DNA of 64,000 bases from the NCBI GenBank assembly GCA_002686265.1, contig NZBA01000042.1:10363-74362 (forward strand), read 5' to 3'. This document shows positions 47,581 through 56,654 of the stretch, one piece after another. The notes beneath the pieces were generated by a model. It was not told where the DNA came from. It worked only from the letters and a program-made list of their open reading frames with translations, and made no database searches. The stretch's first letter is position 1. The number at the start of each line of letters is the position of its first letter. This stretch comes from Planctomycetota bacterium. Its GTDB lineage: Bacteria > Planctomycetota > UBA1135 > GCA-002686595. The translations under genes and the position numbers were made by a program.

Positions 47581-49173
47581 TCAGGCCGGCGCGTTGGGGG
47601 TGACGCCGGAAGTCTGATCGACCGCCAACACATCTTCCTGCATCTTCCGCCCGGTCAGGCGCACGAAGACGTGGAACAGCTTCTGCTCGATAGGGGCGTT
47701 GAAGTTGTTGTTCTTCAGGCGCCACCCCGAGATCCGGCGCATTGCATTGCGCACGAAACCAGCCCCTTCCTTGGCCAAGCCGTCGTAGAAGGTCGAGGTG
47801 ACCCCGTAGCGCTTCCAGCGGCGGATGACGTCGGCGGGCAGGCTCGTGTCGTTGATCTCGTACTTGTACTCGAGGCAGCCGCCCCACTCCTCGAGGCTGC
47901 GCGGCGGCTCGTAGCCCGAAGCGACGGCGGTCTGGAAGTCCTCGGTCCCGGGGATCGCGCGGAAGGGGAAGATGTCGCTGGGGGAGTTTGGAAACAGGTG
48001 CTTGATCTTGGCCGCGAGGGTGATCGTGGCGTTCATCGATTCCTCGCTCTCGCCGGGGTAGCCGATGATCCAGGAGACCCCGGACTGGATCCCGCGCTCG
48101 TTGAGCCGTCGGAGCGACTTGACGAGATCGCGCTCGAGCTGGATGTCCTTCTTGATCCGCTCCTGCTGCGCCTGGCTACCCGCCTCCGCGCCGAGGGCGG
48201 CCATGTGGAAGCGCGACTCGGCCAAGAGGTCCAGGGAAGCGGGCTTGTAGCGGGCGATGGTCTCGACCTCGTAGGTCCCGTTCCACCAGAAGGGCCGTCC
48301 GGCGTCGATCAGCGCCGAGCAAAAGACGTTCGAGCGCTTCTCGGCCACGCCGAAGTTGGCGTCCTGGAAGCGCAGCACGTTGAAGTCGAAGCGTTCGTGG
48401 CACTCGAGGATGCGTTCGGCCAGCAGATCGCCGGGGATGGCCTTCCAGCGTCGGTTCGTCACCCCCGGGCTACAGCAGAACGTGCAGGGCTCGGGACAGC
48501 CGAAGCTCGAGTAGTAGCTGAAACCGCGCAGCTGCGTTCCCGGCTTCATGTCCCAGGGATCGGCGTACTTGTGGCGGACCTTCCAGTCTCCCGAATCGTT
48601 CTGCAGGGCGACGTACTCCTCGAAGTCGATTAGGTGCCAGGGGCAGTCGGGGATCTGGTCGAAGCCGACGACGGGGCGGTGGGGCGCATAGACGGGATTG
48701 CCGTCGCGCTCGACGACCAAGCCGGGGACCTCGGCCAGGTCCTCGCCGCTCTCGATGGCGGCCAGTGCGTCGCGGAAGGTCAGCTCGCCTTGGCCGAGGG
48801 CGACGGCGTCGGCGACGCCCTCGGACAGGAAGCGCTCGGGCAGGACGCTGGGGAACCATCCGCCCCAGAGGATCGGGAGGTCGGGGAAGCGCTCGCGCAC
48901 CGCCCGCGCCACCGCCGCGCCGTGCGCGACCTGGTGGCCGAGGATGCACGAGGTCGAGAAGCACAGGGCGCCGTCGCACAGTTCCATCAGCCGCGCCATG
49001 TAGTCGGGGTGGACCATGGCGTCCACGATCACGCACTCATAGCCGTCCCGGTCGGGGATGGCGGCGATCTGCAAGAGCTCGAGGGGCAGCAGATCCGCGC
49101 TCACCCGCACTCCCTGCGCCGGATCGGCCCGGTGAGGGAGGAACAGGACGATGCGCTTGGTCCGCTGGATCAT
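47581..49173 (-). CDS. B12-binding domain radical SAM protein (paralogue 2)
   Basis: MIQRTKRIVLFLPHRADP ... LPLELLQIAA ... ILWGGWFPSV ... SSFGCPEPCTFCCSPGVTNRRWKAI. It is colinear with 45981..47555 over its full length. Confidence 0.85.
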   Translation of the reverse strand: MIQRTKRIVLFLPHRADPAQGVRVSADLLPLELLQIAAIPDRDGYECVIVDAMVHPDYMARLMELCDGALCFSTSCILGHQVAHGAAVARAVRERFPDLPILWGGWFPSVLPERFLSEGVADAVALGQGELTFRDALAAIESGEDLAEVPGLVVERDGNPVYAPHRPVVGFDQIPDCPWHLIDFEEYVALQNDSGDWKVRHKYADPWDMKPGTQLRGFSYYSSFGCPEPCTFCCSPGVTNRRWKAIPGDLLAERILECHERFDFNVLRFQDANFGVAEKRSNVFCSALIDAGRPFWWNGTYEVETIARYKPASLDLLAESRFHMAALGAEAGSQAQQERIKKDIQLERDLVKSLRRLNERGIQSGVSWIIGYPGESEESMNATITLAAKIKHLFPNSPSDIFPFRAIPGTEDFQTAVASGYEPPRSLEEWGGCLEYKYEINDTSLPADVIRRWKRYGVTSTFYDGLAKEGAGFVRNAMRRISGWRLKNNNFNAPIEQKLFHVFVRLTGRKMQEDVLAVDQTSGVTPNAPA

Positions 49174-49458
49174 CGGGGCGTCGGAGGGCCGGGGCGTCGC
49201 TGGGGAGCCGGGGGGGCGAGGTGTGGACCGTGGGTCGGAAACCTCACGCAGACGTTATATCACTCCCGCGGCCCTTGGGAGGCGCGCGGCGTCCGTCCCT
49301 CCTATCGTCCCAGGCGGGCCGAAGGATGATTCCTTTCAGCGTCCCCCATCCCTAGGACCGAATGCGGCTCCGCCCCGGGGAGGAGCCCCCGGAATGCCCG
49401 GAGGAGACTCCGGCGGCAAGTTCCTCGCCCATGGGCGCGGGCGCCGGGCCGGCGGAGG

Positions 49459-50688
49459 TCAGTAGCTGGTCTTGGCCCAGGCCCTCCAGGCGGCGTCGAA
49501 TTCGGCGTAGGAGAGGCCGATGAGCTCCCTGAACAGGCGCCGGTGCTTCCCGGGCAGGTCGCTCCCGTCGGGGAGGCCCTCCTCGTCGCGGAAGCTCTTG
49601 AGGGCGCCGATCAGCTCGGAGAACCCCTCCGGCTCGGTCTGCACCAGGAAGTCGACCATCGACCAGGTGGCGTAGTGGTCGGGGAGCTCCATCTGGCCGA
49701 AGTTGTCCAGGCTCATCAGCTCCGCCATGCGCGGGGCATCGTCGCCCGCGATGATCTTCCTCACCTCCAATCCCCAGCGCGCCTTGCGGGACATCTGGGG
49801 AACGGCTCCTTCGCTGCCATCGAAGGTGTTGTGGCGCGGGTTGATCTCGCGCTCGATGAAATGCGCCAGACCCTCGTGGAGCCAGATCGGCGTGTCGTAG
49901 CTGTAGTGCTTGTAGCCGTCGAGCAGGTTGTGGGTCAGGTTGAAGGCCACGTGGCCGTGGAGCGCGGTGTCCTCGGTGAGGCGCCCTTGGCGCGTGTGGG
50001 TGATCAGCACCAGCGAGTCGCGGTCGATCACGTTCCAGCGCTGGGTGCGCTTGATCTTCAGACCGAAGTGGCGCTGGAGGAACATGACGCTCGCGCCCTC
50101 GCTGGGCAGGATCAGGACCTCGTACTTTCCTTTCTGGCCGAGGTGCGGCCCGATCCCCCAGTACTCGCCGTCGGGCGTCCAGTTCGCCTTGCCGACGGGG
50201 AACACGGAGGCGTCCACGCGGATCAGCTCACAGAACCGGTCCCACACGCGTTCCGCGCGCTGGGCGTACATGTGGGCGCGCAGCCACGGATCGAGCGTCG
50301 AGGCCTTGGGATCGACCTTCGGCAGCTTCTCCCTCAGGGCTACGAGCTCGGCGCCGATGGCCTTCTTCTCCTTCTGCGGGACGCGGTAAGGACCGAGGGC
50401 GAAGCCGAGCTCGAAGTGGGCGCTCTCGATCCACTTGATGTCCGAGACGCCCATGAACTCGTCGATCTCCGCCGTGTCGGTCGTGCCGAATTCGAAGCCG
50501 CCGAGGGAGACGAGGCCGGCGCGCTCGAGGGCCGCCGGTTCACCCCGCGTGTAGGGATCGGTGCTCGGGTCGTTGGCCGGGACGCGGTGGCTGCGTTGGG
50601 CGGGAGCCTTCGCACAGAGCCCGCAGACCAGGGCGAGGGCGAGGAGCAGCCAGCGGCGGACTCGCCGTGCCAACGCCTTTCCGCTCAT
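49459..50688 (-). CDS. Secreted HExxH protein (DUF1570-like putative metallopeptidase)
   Basis: Start at MSGKALARRVRRWLLLALALVCGLCAKAPA, preceded by GGAGGAGG 7 nt upstream. The zinc-binding-type motif WLHEGLAHFIERE is present. The long N-terminal extension in the track is Arg-rich and non-coding. Confidence 0.7.
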   Translation of the reverse strand: MSGKALARRVRRWLLLALALVCGLCAKAPAQRSHRVPANDPSTDPYTRGEPAALERAGLVSLGGFEFGTTDTAEIDEFMGVSDIKWIESAHFELGFALGPYRVPQKEKKAIGAELVALREKLPKVDPKASTLDPWLRAHMYAQRAERVWDRFCELIRVDASVFPVGKANWTPDGEYWGIGPHLGQKGKYEVLILPSEGASVMFLQRHFGLKIKRTQRWNVIDRDSLVLITHTRQGRLTEDTALHGHVAFNLTHNLLDGYKHYSYDTPIWLHEGLAHFIEREINPRHNTFDGSEGAVPQMSRKARWGLEVRKIIAGDDAPRMAELMSLDNFGQMELPDHYATWSMVDFLVQTEPEGFSELIGALKSFRDEEGLPDGSDLPGKHRRLFRELIGLSYAEFDAAWRAWAKTSY

Positions 50689-51320
50689 TCGCCGACCTCC
50701 TCCATGGGGTACTTCCAGCGCTCGGGAACGACCTTCCGAAAGGCGGGGTCCACGATCACCAGACGCTCCTCGAAGACAGCCAGGGGTAGGCCGACGCGGT
50801 CGCTCCGCCAAGGGAACTCGACCACTTCGAGGACGAACCCCTCGCGTACGGCGGGCGCGGCGCCATCGCGCTCGAGGAGGCGGACCAGGAAGAAGAAACC
50901 GGCCCCCTCGCAGACCTCCGACCACGTCCCGGGTTCGAGCGCGCGCACGGCGAGCCACAGGTCGAGCCCCAGCTCGTTCCAGGTGCCCCGCCGCTCGCGA
51001 GGGGGCGCGGCGCCTTCGTCGCCCGCGGACCAGGCGGTGGCCGCCGCGCGCGCGGCAGCGCGCTCGCGCCCGCACCCGATGCGCCCGACGGCGCGCGTGA
51101 ACAGAACGTGGGTCAGGGCTTGGCGGCGCAGCATCGATCGGGTGTACGAGGGCTTGAGCGCGGCCAGGGCGTCGGCTGTCGTGTCGACCTCCTCGACGCC
51201 GATCACCTCTCCGCCGACGACCACTGCCGTCCCCGCGGGCCAGGTGTCGGGCTCCGTGCCCGTCTCACGGCCGCAGGCGCCCGCGAGCGCCAGGGCGAAC
51301 AGTCCCAGGGCGCGATACAC
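50685..51320 (-). CDS. Putative lipoprotein, hypothetical
   Basis: Lipobox-like LFALALAGAC. Its stop overlaps the next start (ATGA at 50685..50688). The GTG start at 51320 was chosen to avoid overlap with the upstream gene. The start is uncertain. Confidence 0.45.
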   Translation of the reverse strand: MYRALGLFALALAGACGRETGTEPDTWPAGTAVVVGGEVIGVEEVDTTADALAALKPSYTRSMLRRQALTHVLFTRAVGRIGCGRERAAARAAATAWSAGDEGAAPPRERRGTWNELGLDLWLAVRALEPGTWSEVCEGAGFFFLVRLLERDGAAPAVREGFVLEVVEFPWRSDRVGLPLAVFEERLVIVDPAFRKVVPERWKYPMEEVGE

Positions 51321-51378
51321 GCTGAAGGCTAGCGGCCGCCGGCGCCGCGGTAACAGGAGGGCGGCGCAATCGGGCGCT

Positions 51379-52119
51379 TCACGGCTGGTCGGTCGAGGCG
51401 GCTTGGTCGAAGGCCCCGACGAACCGCAGTGCACGATCCACGAGGAAGCGGTAGGTCTCGGTCACGTTTTCCTCGACCTCTCTCAGGTCTCCCTCGCTGT
51501 CCAGGGCGCGAAAGGTGCCCTGGTTCTCGACGTACAGCGAGCGCGGATCCTGGTGGAAGGACTCGATGCGCAGGGCGTTCGCCGTGGGGCTCTCCTCCCC
51601 GGGCGGGAAGACGAGACGCAGGCCGAGGATGCGGGGGTCGCGGCCGAGGCACTCGACCTCCTCGGCGACGCCGAGCAGCCCGTCCTTCATGAACTCGATC
51701 GAGTCGGCGTAGTTACGCGGGTTGATCAGGCTGCGGATCGTCACCTGTTGGGCCAGGATCTGATCGACCCCGCAGCGCTCGGTCGCCATGGTCGCGATGG
51801 TCCGCACGCGCTCGGCGAAGGAGTCGCAGGTCAGCCCGCCGTACTCCTCGCGGAACTGGATTCGGTCGGGTAGGAACACGACCTGCGAGACGACGCCGGG
51901 GCGGTTCGCCGGGTTCGTCAGGAGCGGGCCCATGGGCGTGACGGCGAAGCTCGAGTAGGGCGGGTCGCCCTGCCCGAACAGCTCGTTGTGGAGTTGCTGC
52001 ACCGCCTGGTTGTCGGGCGTCTTCGCGGCGTGGAGGAGGTCGCACAGGAAGGCGATCGTCCGCGGGGTATAGCTGGTAGTGGCCATGGGCGTGCGCTGGG
52101 GAACCTCTCCCGCGGCCAT
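51379..52119 (-). CDS. Hypothetical protein (possibly TIGR04255-like)
   Basis: 246-aa ORF with coding-like composition. The start is uncertain (ATG 52119 or 52086). The family guess rests on length and general pattern only. Confidence 0.5.
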   Translation of the reverse strand: MAAGEVPQRTPMATTSYTPRTIAFLCDLLHAAKTPDNQAVQQLHNELFGQGDPPYSSFAVTPMGPLLTNPANRPGVVSQVVFLPDRIQFREEYGGLTCDSFAERVRTIATMATERCGVDQILAQQVTIRSLINPRNYADSIEFMKDGLLGVAEEVECLGRDPRILGLRLVFPPGEESPTANALRIESFHQDPRSLYVENQGTFRALDSEGDLREVEENVTETYRFLVDRALRFVGAFDQAASTDQP

Positions 52120-52349
52120 AGGATAACGCCTGCGCCCGCGAGGTGGACGGGCCAGGTGGAGACCCTCGGATGGGACGCCCGCCGCGACCGCCCTCATGGC
52201 CCCTGCCCTCCGGGACCGAAAAAACCCCCTCGAGCCTCACCGCCCCTGACCGGTGGCCGTAGGCTTCCTGCCCACAAACACGCTCCCGGGGCCTTTTCGC
52301 TTTTTCAAGCCCAGCCGGCAGGCCGCCTCGAACCTCAGAAACCAGAGTC

Positions 52350-54137
52350 ATGCAGCTCCTCCTCGCCCACTCCGTTCTGTGCGCCCTCGCACCCCTTGCC
52401 GCGGACGTCTCCCCCGCGGGCGTCTCCCCCGCGGACGTCGATCTCGGCGGCCCGGTCCGCGTGCGCTACGCACCGCCGGTTCCCGAGGGAGAGCAACCCG
52501 TCGTGCTCGAGGAGGTCGTGATCCCCGAGGGCGAGGTCAAGCGCTTCCTGATCTATGGGACCTACCGTCCCGCCCTCGAGTGGCGCCGCATCCACGCGCT
52601 GATCGAGGACGAGATCCGCCTGCGCGCGGCCGAGGGCAAGGACGTCTCGCACCTCGTCGTCTCCGACGAGATGTTCGAGGCCCACTACGGCAAGAAGCTC
52701 GCCGAGTTCGTCGAGAAGTACCCGATGCTCGACATCGAGACCGAGATCTCCCGCGCATACCGCTCGCTGGCCTGGTACCGGCGCGAGCTGCGCCAGGAGA
52801 TGCTCTTCGACGCCGTCTTCGTGCCCGAGGACCAGGCGCAGTGGCCCGACCTGACCTTCGAGGCCCTGCGCCAGGAGGCCGGCGAGATCCTCATCGACGA
52901 CTTCCGCAAGAGCTACGAGCGGCGCACGACGTTTCTCACTGAGCAGCGCGCCGAGTGGCAGGCGAAGACCGACGCGGGCGAGGAGGCCGGTCCGAAGCCC
53001 GTGCTCCAGCCCGAGGACTCGATGTACCGCTCGATCCTGCGCCAGATCGTGCGCGACAACCTCTACAAGGTGGTCGACACCAAGACCGCTCTCACGGGTC
53101 TGTCGGAGGACCTGATCGCCACCATGGACTTCGACTGGGACGGACAGGCCGAGCTGACCGTCACCACCGCGGAGATCTGGAGCGATGTCGAGCTGATCGT
53201 CTCCCAGCAGGACGTGGACGACGCCCGCCAGTTCCTGGCCCTGGTCGAGGCGGCGCGCCAGCGCCTGGAGTACGAGGGCAAGTTGCTCTCCGATGAGGAG
53301 ATCGCCACCGAGCTCGAGGAGATCACCTCCAAGTTCCAGAGCGGCATGTTCGATCTGGGCCAGATCGCCATCGGCGGCCACCAGTTTCCCTCGGTCGAGG
53401 CCTACGGCGACTACTTCGGCCTGCACGAGTCGTACAAGCGTTCGATCGACGAGGACACCCAGGTCGCCCTGGGCGCGCAGCTTCCCGATTCCCTGCGCGA
53501 GCACCTGCACCAGGCCAACCACGTCATGGGGCTGGCGAAGGTCGACACGGAGGTGTTGCTCGTCGCGGCCTTCGACTTCGAGAACTACGAGTGGATCGAG
53601 GGCGGTTGGGACAAGGCACGCGCGAAGGCCGAGCGGCTGGTGGCGGAGATGCAACGCAACCAGGATGCCTTCGAGAAGAGCCAGGCCGGCGAGGCGATCG
53701 ATGGTGAGAACGCGCCCCTCGACCCGGTCACCTTCTGGCAACTGCTGATCGACGACCACTGTGACTTCTGGGATCCGCCCCCGCCGCAGCACGGGCGTCA
53801 GTCCACGGTGGGCTACAAGCAGAAGGGGCGTTTTGGAGAGCGCACGCGGAACGACCTGCGCTCCTTGATGTCGGAGAGCTCCTACCACCTCTTCCTGCGC
53901 GGTGAGCTCCTCACCGACCGCGTTTTCTTCGATCAGCCCGTGGGCGTGGTCGACGGCCCGCACAAGGGCTCCTTCGGTTACTACGTGACGAAGGTGCTGC
54001 GCCGCAGCGCCCCCTCGCGGCCCCTGAATACCAACGACCGGCGCCACATCGATCTCCTGCGGGACGATTACGCGCGCGTGAGCTTCGTCGCCTACGCCCA
54101 CGAGGCGCTCGGCGACACGGTGGTCGGCGGACGCTAG
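52350..54137 (+). CDS. Secreted SurA/PpiC-like chaperone / peptidyl-prolyl isomerase-like protein
   Basis: Signal peptide MQLLLAHSVLCALAPLAA. A long helical chaperone-like region. The C-terminal parvulin-like segment is VDGPHKGSFGYYVTKVL. Confidence 0.6.
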   Translation: MQLLLAHSVLCALAPLAADVSPAGVSPADVDLGGPVRVRYAPPVPEGEQPVVLEEVVIPEGEVKRFLIYGTYRPALEWRRIHALIEDEIRLRAAEGKDVSHLVVSDEMFEAHYGKKLAEFVEKYPMLDIETEISRAYRSLAWYRRELRQEMLFDAVFVPEDQAQWPDLTFEALRQEAGEILIDDFRKSYERRTTFLTEQRAEWQAKTDAGEEAGPKPVLQPEDSMYRSILRQIVRDNLYKVVDTKTALTGLSEDLIATMDFDWDGQAELTVTTAEIWSDVELIVSQQDVDDARQFLALVEAARQRLEYEGKLLSDEEIATELEEITSKFQSGMFDLGQIAIGGHQFPSVEAYGDYFGLHESYKRSIDEDTQVALGAQLPDSLREHLHQANHVMGLAKVDTEVLLVAAFDFENYEWIEGGWDKARAKAERLVAEMQRNQDAFEKSQAGEAIDGENAPLDPVTFWQLLIDDHCDFWDPPPPQHGRQSTVGYKQKGRFGERTRNDLRSLMSESSYHLFLRGELLTDRVFFDQPVGVVDGPHKGSFGYYVTKVLRRSAPSRPLNTNDRRHIDLLRDDYARVSFVAYAHEALGDTVVGGR

Positions 54138-54267
54138 CCCGAGCGCGTCAGGCCCGGCGGCTGATCGCCCCCTCCCCAGGGACGCCCAGCCCTTCGGGCG
54201 GCCGGAGCCCCTCCCGTGAGGGGTGCGGCTGGACATTTCCGCCCCGCGAGCGCCCACTACGCGATAG

Positions 54268-56172
54268 ATGAAGGCCAAGGTTCGTACTGCCTGGAAGCTG
54301 CTCCAGCCCCACGCGAGGCCCCACCTGTGGCTCTTCGCGTTGGTGTTCGTCCTGGGCACCCTGACCGCCTTGGGCGAGCGCGCCGTCTTCCTTCTGATCA
54401 AGCCCACCTGGGACGCGCTCTTTCGGGGCGAGGGTTCGGCCACGGCGCCCACCGCTTCCAGGGCCGAACTCTCCGAGGGGATCGAGGACTTCCTGGGGAG
54501 CCTGGAGGAGTTCCGTGCCGGCCTGGTCGAGCGCATGCTCGGCTCCGTCTCCGCAGGCTCGGAGATGGAGGTCCTCTGGCGCGTGGCCCTGGCGGTCAGC
54601 GTCATCGCCGTCTTGACCGGAATCTGTCAGTACGGATTCACCTGGCTCTCGCGCAGGATCGCCCTCTGCATGGTCGTCGACCTGCGCGTCCGGCTGGCCC
54701 GGCACCTGATGGGCCTGTCGATGCGCTATCACGACAACCGGCGCCTGGGCGACGTCCTCAGCCGCATCAGCGCCGATGTCAACGCGACCCTGCAGGTCCT
54801 CAACGACGCCTTCCGTGACCTGATCCGTGAGCCGATGCTGGCCATCGTCTCCCTCAGCCTGGCGTTCCTCGTCGCGCCCACCGCCACGGCCGTGATGATC
54901 GTGACCCTGCCGACCGTCGTGATTCCCGTGGCGGCCCTCGCCGGCAAGGTGCGCAAGGGCTCGACCCGCAGCTTGACCAAGCTCGGCGCCTCGGTGCAGG
55001 TGCTCTCGCAGATGTTCCAGGGGATCCGCACCGTCAAGGCATTCCGCGCCGAGGAGCGCGAGCTGGCGAGCTACCGTGCGATCAACGAGGACTACCAGCG
55101 CAGCACGATGAAGATGGTGCGCGCGATCGCGATGACCAATGCCTGGACCGTCGTGTTCACGCACGCGGGCCTGGCGGCGGTGCTGGTCGGCTTGGGGTAC
55201 CTGACGATCGCCGGGCGCGGCTTCTCTGACGGCGGGAGCATGGCGACCTTCCTGCTCCTGATCGCCAACTCCTACACCAACATCAAGAAGACGACGCGCG
55301 TCTGGACGCGGGTGCAGGAGTCGGTCGGCGCCGCCGAGCGCCTCGAAGTGCTGCTCGAGGAGAACGCGGACCTGGTGGAACGGCCGGGAGCCCAGGCGAT
55401 CGCCGGCCTGGGGCGCGGCCTCTGCCTGGAGGGCTTGTCCTTCGCCTACCCGGGTTCGGAGGAGTGCGCCCTGCGCGACGTGACCCTCGAGGTCCGCGCC
55501 GGGGAGACCCTCGCCCTGGTGGGGGCCTCGGGTTCGGGCAAGAGCACCCTGATGGACCTGGTGGCGCGCTTCATCGACCCCGTCGAAGGCCGCGTCATCG
55601 CCGACGGCCACGACCTGCGTGACTTGAGCCTCGACTCGTGGACCGCCCAGTACGCGATGGTCAGCCAGTCGCCTTTCCTGTTCCACGCCTCGATCGAGGA
55701 GAATGTCCGTTACGGCAAGCCGGACGCGACGGCGGCGGAGGTCGAGGAGGCGACGCGCGCGGCCGGCATCCACGAGTTCATCATGGGCCTGCCCGAGAAG
55801 TACGAGACGCAGGTGGCGGACATGGGCGCACGCCTCTCGGGCGGTCAGTGCCAGCGCATCACCATCGCCCGCGCGATCCTGAAGTGCGCGCCGCTCCTGC
55901 TGCTAGACGAGGCCACCAGCGCCCTCGACACGGAGACGGAGGTCGCGGTACAGGCCGCCCTCGAGCGCCTGATGCAGGGGCGGACGGTGATTGTGGTCGC
56001 CCACCGCCTGAGCACCATCCGCGAGGCCGATCGCATCGCCGTGCTCGATGAGGGCCGGTTGGTCGAGGTCGGCACCCACGCCGAGCTGCTCGGCGCGCAG
56101 GGTGCCTACGCGCGCCTGCACGCGGCCCAGTTCGCCTCGGGCGACGCGCCCGTCAGTGCCGCGAGCCGCTAG
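54268..56172 (+). CDS. ABC transporter permease/ATPase (MsbA-like exporter)
   Basis: Six-TM N-terminal half. Walker A GASGSGKST, signature LSGGQCQRITIARA, Walker B LLLLDEATSALD and H-loop VIVVAHRLSTI. Confidence 0.9.
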   Translation: MKAKVRTAWKLLQPHARPHLWLFALVFVLGTLTALGERAVFLLIKPTWDALFRGEGSATAPTASRAELSEGIEDFLGSLEEFRAGLVERMLGSVSAGSEMEVLWRVALAVSVIAVLTGICQYGFTWLSRRIALCMVVDLRVRLARHLMGLSMRYHDNRRLGDVLSRISADVNATLQVLNDAFRDLIREPMLAIVSLSLAFLVAPTATAVMIVTLPTVVIPVAALAGKVRKGSTRSLTKLGASVQVLSQMFQGIRTVKAFRAEERELASYRAINEDYQRSTMKMVRAIAMTNAWTVVFTHAGLAAVLVGLGYLTIAGRGFSDGGSMATFLLLIANSYTNIKKTTRVWTRVQESVGAAERLEVLLEENADLVERPGAQAIAGLGRGLCLEGLSFAYPGSEECALRDVTLEVRAGETLALVGASGSGKSTLMDLVARFIDPVEGRVIADGHDLRDLSLDSWTAQYAMVSQSPFLFHASIEENVRYGKPDATAAEVEEATRAAGIHEFIMGLPEKYETQVADMGARLSGGQCQRITIARAILKCAPLLLLDEATSALDTETEVAVQAALERLMQGRTVIVVAHRLSTIREADRIAVLDEGRLVEVGTHAELLGAQGAYARLHAAQFASGDAPVSAASR

Positions 56173-56654
56173 GCGGGCTGGTCACTCGAGAGCAGGCAGA
56201 CCGCCTGGGCCGCGACGCCTGCGCCGTCCGCCAGGGCGCCCAGGCCTTCCAGGCTCTTGCCCTTGACGTTGACCGCGTCCGAAGCGATGCCGAGCAGAGC
56301 TGCGATGCGTTCGCGCATCGCCTCGCGCGCGGGCGCGATGCGGGGCCCCTCGGTCGCGATCACCACATCGACGTTCTCCACCCGCCAACCCGCTGATCGC
56401 ACGCGCTCCACGACCTCTTCCAGCAGGGCGGCGCTGTCGGCGTCCTTCCAGGCTGCGTCGTCATCGGGGAAGAGCGTGCCGATGTCCGGCAGGCCCGCCG
56501 CTCCGGTCAGGGCGTCGATCACGGCGTGCAGGACGGCGTCGCCGTCGGAATGGCCGGCGGGACCCGTCGCGTGGGGGAGTTCGATTCCGCCCAGGATGCA
56601 GGGCCGGCCTGGCTCCAGGCGGTGCACATCGAAGCCGATGCCCACGCGCATCAT
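56169..56654 (-). CDS. ispF: 2-C-methyl-D-erythritol 2,4-cyclodiphosphate synthase
   Basis: RVGIGFDVHRL, LGGIELPH, GHSDGDAVLHAVIDAL and DIGTLFPD are present. Confidence 0.9.
   Translation of the reverse strand: MMRVGIGFDVHRLEPGRPCILGGIELPHATGPAGHSDGDAVLHAVIDALTGAAGLPDIGTLFPDDDAAWKDADSAALLEEVVERVRSAGWRVENVDVVIATEGPRIAPAREAMRERIAALLGIASDAVNVKGKSLEGLGALADGAGVAAQAVCLLSSDQPA

Noticed and set aside
49174-49458. Possible cobalamin riboswitch or promoter in the 285-nt leader of the B12-rSAM operon
   Set aside because: I could not find a B12-box-like GCCACUG element or the conserved GGGAA...GGUG core on the minus strand. The only AT-rich element is an isolated TATAAC-like hexamer (plus-strand gttata at 49254..49259) with no acceptable -35. 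Several GC hairpins are present but are unremarkable at this GC content.
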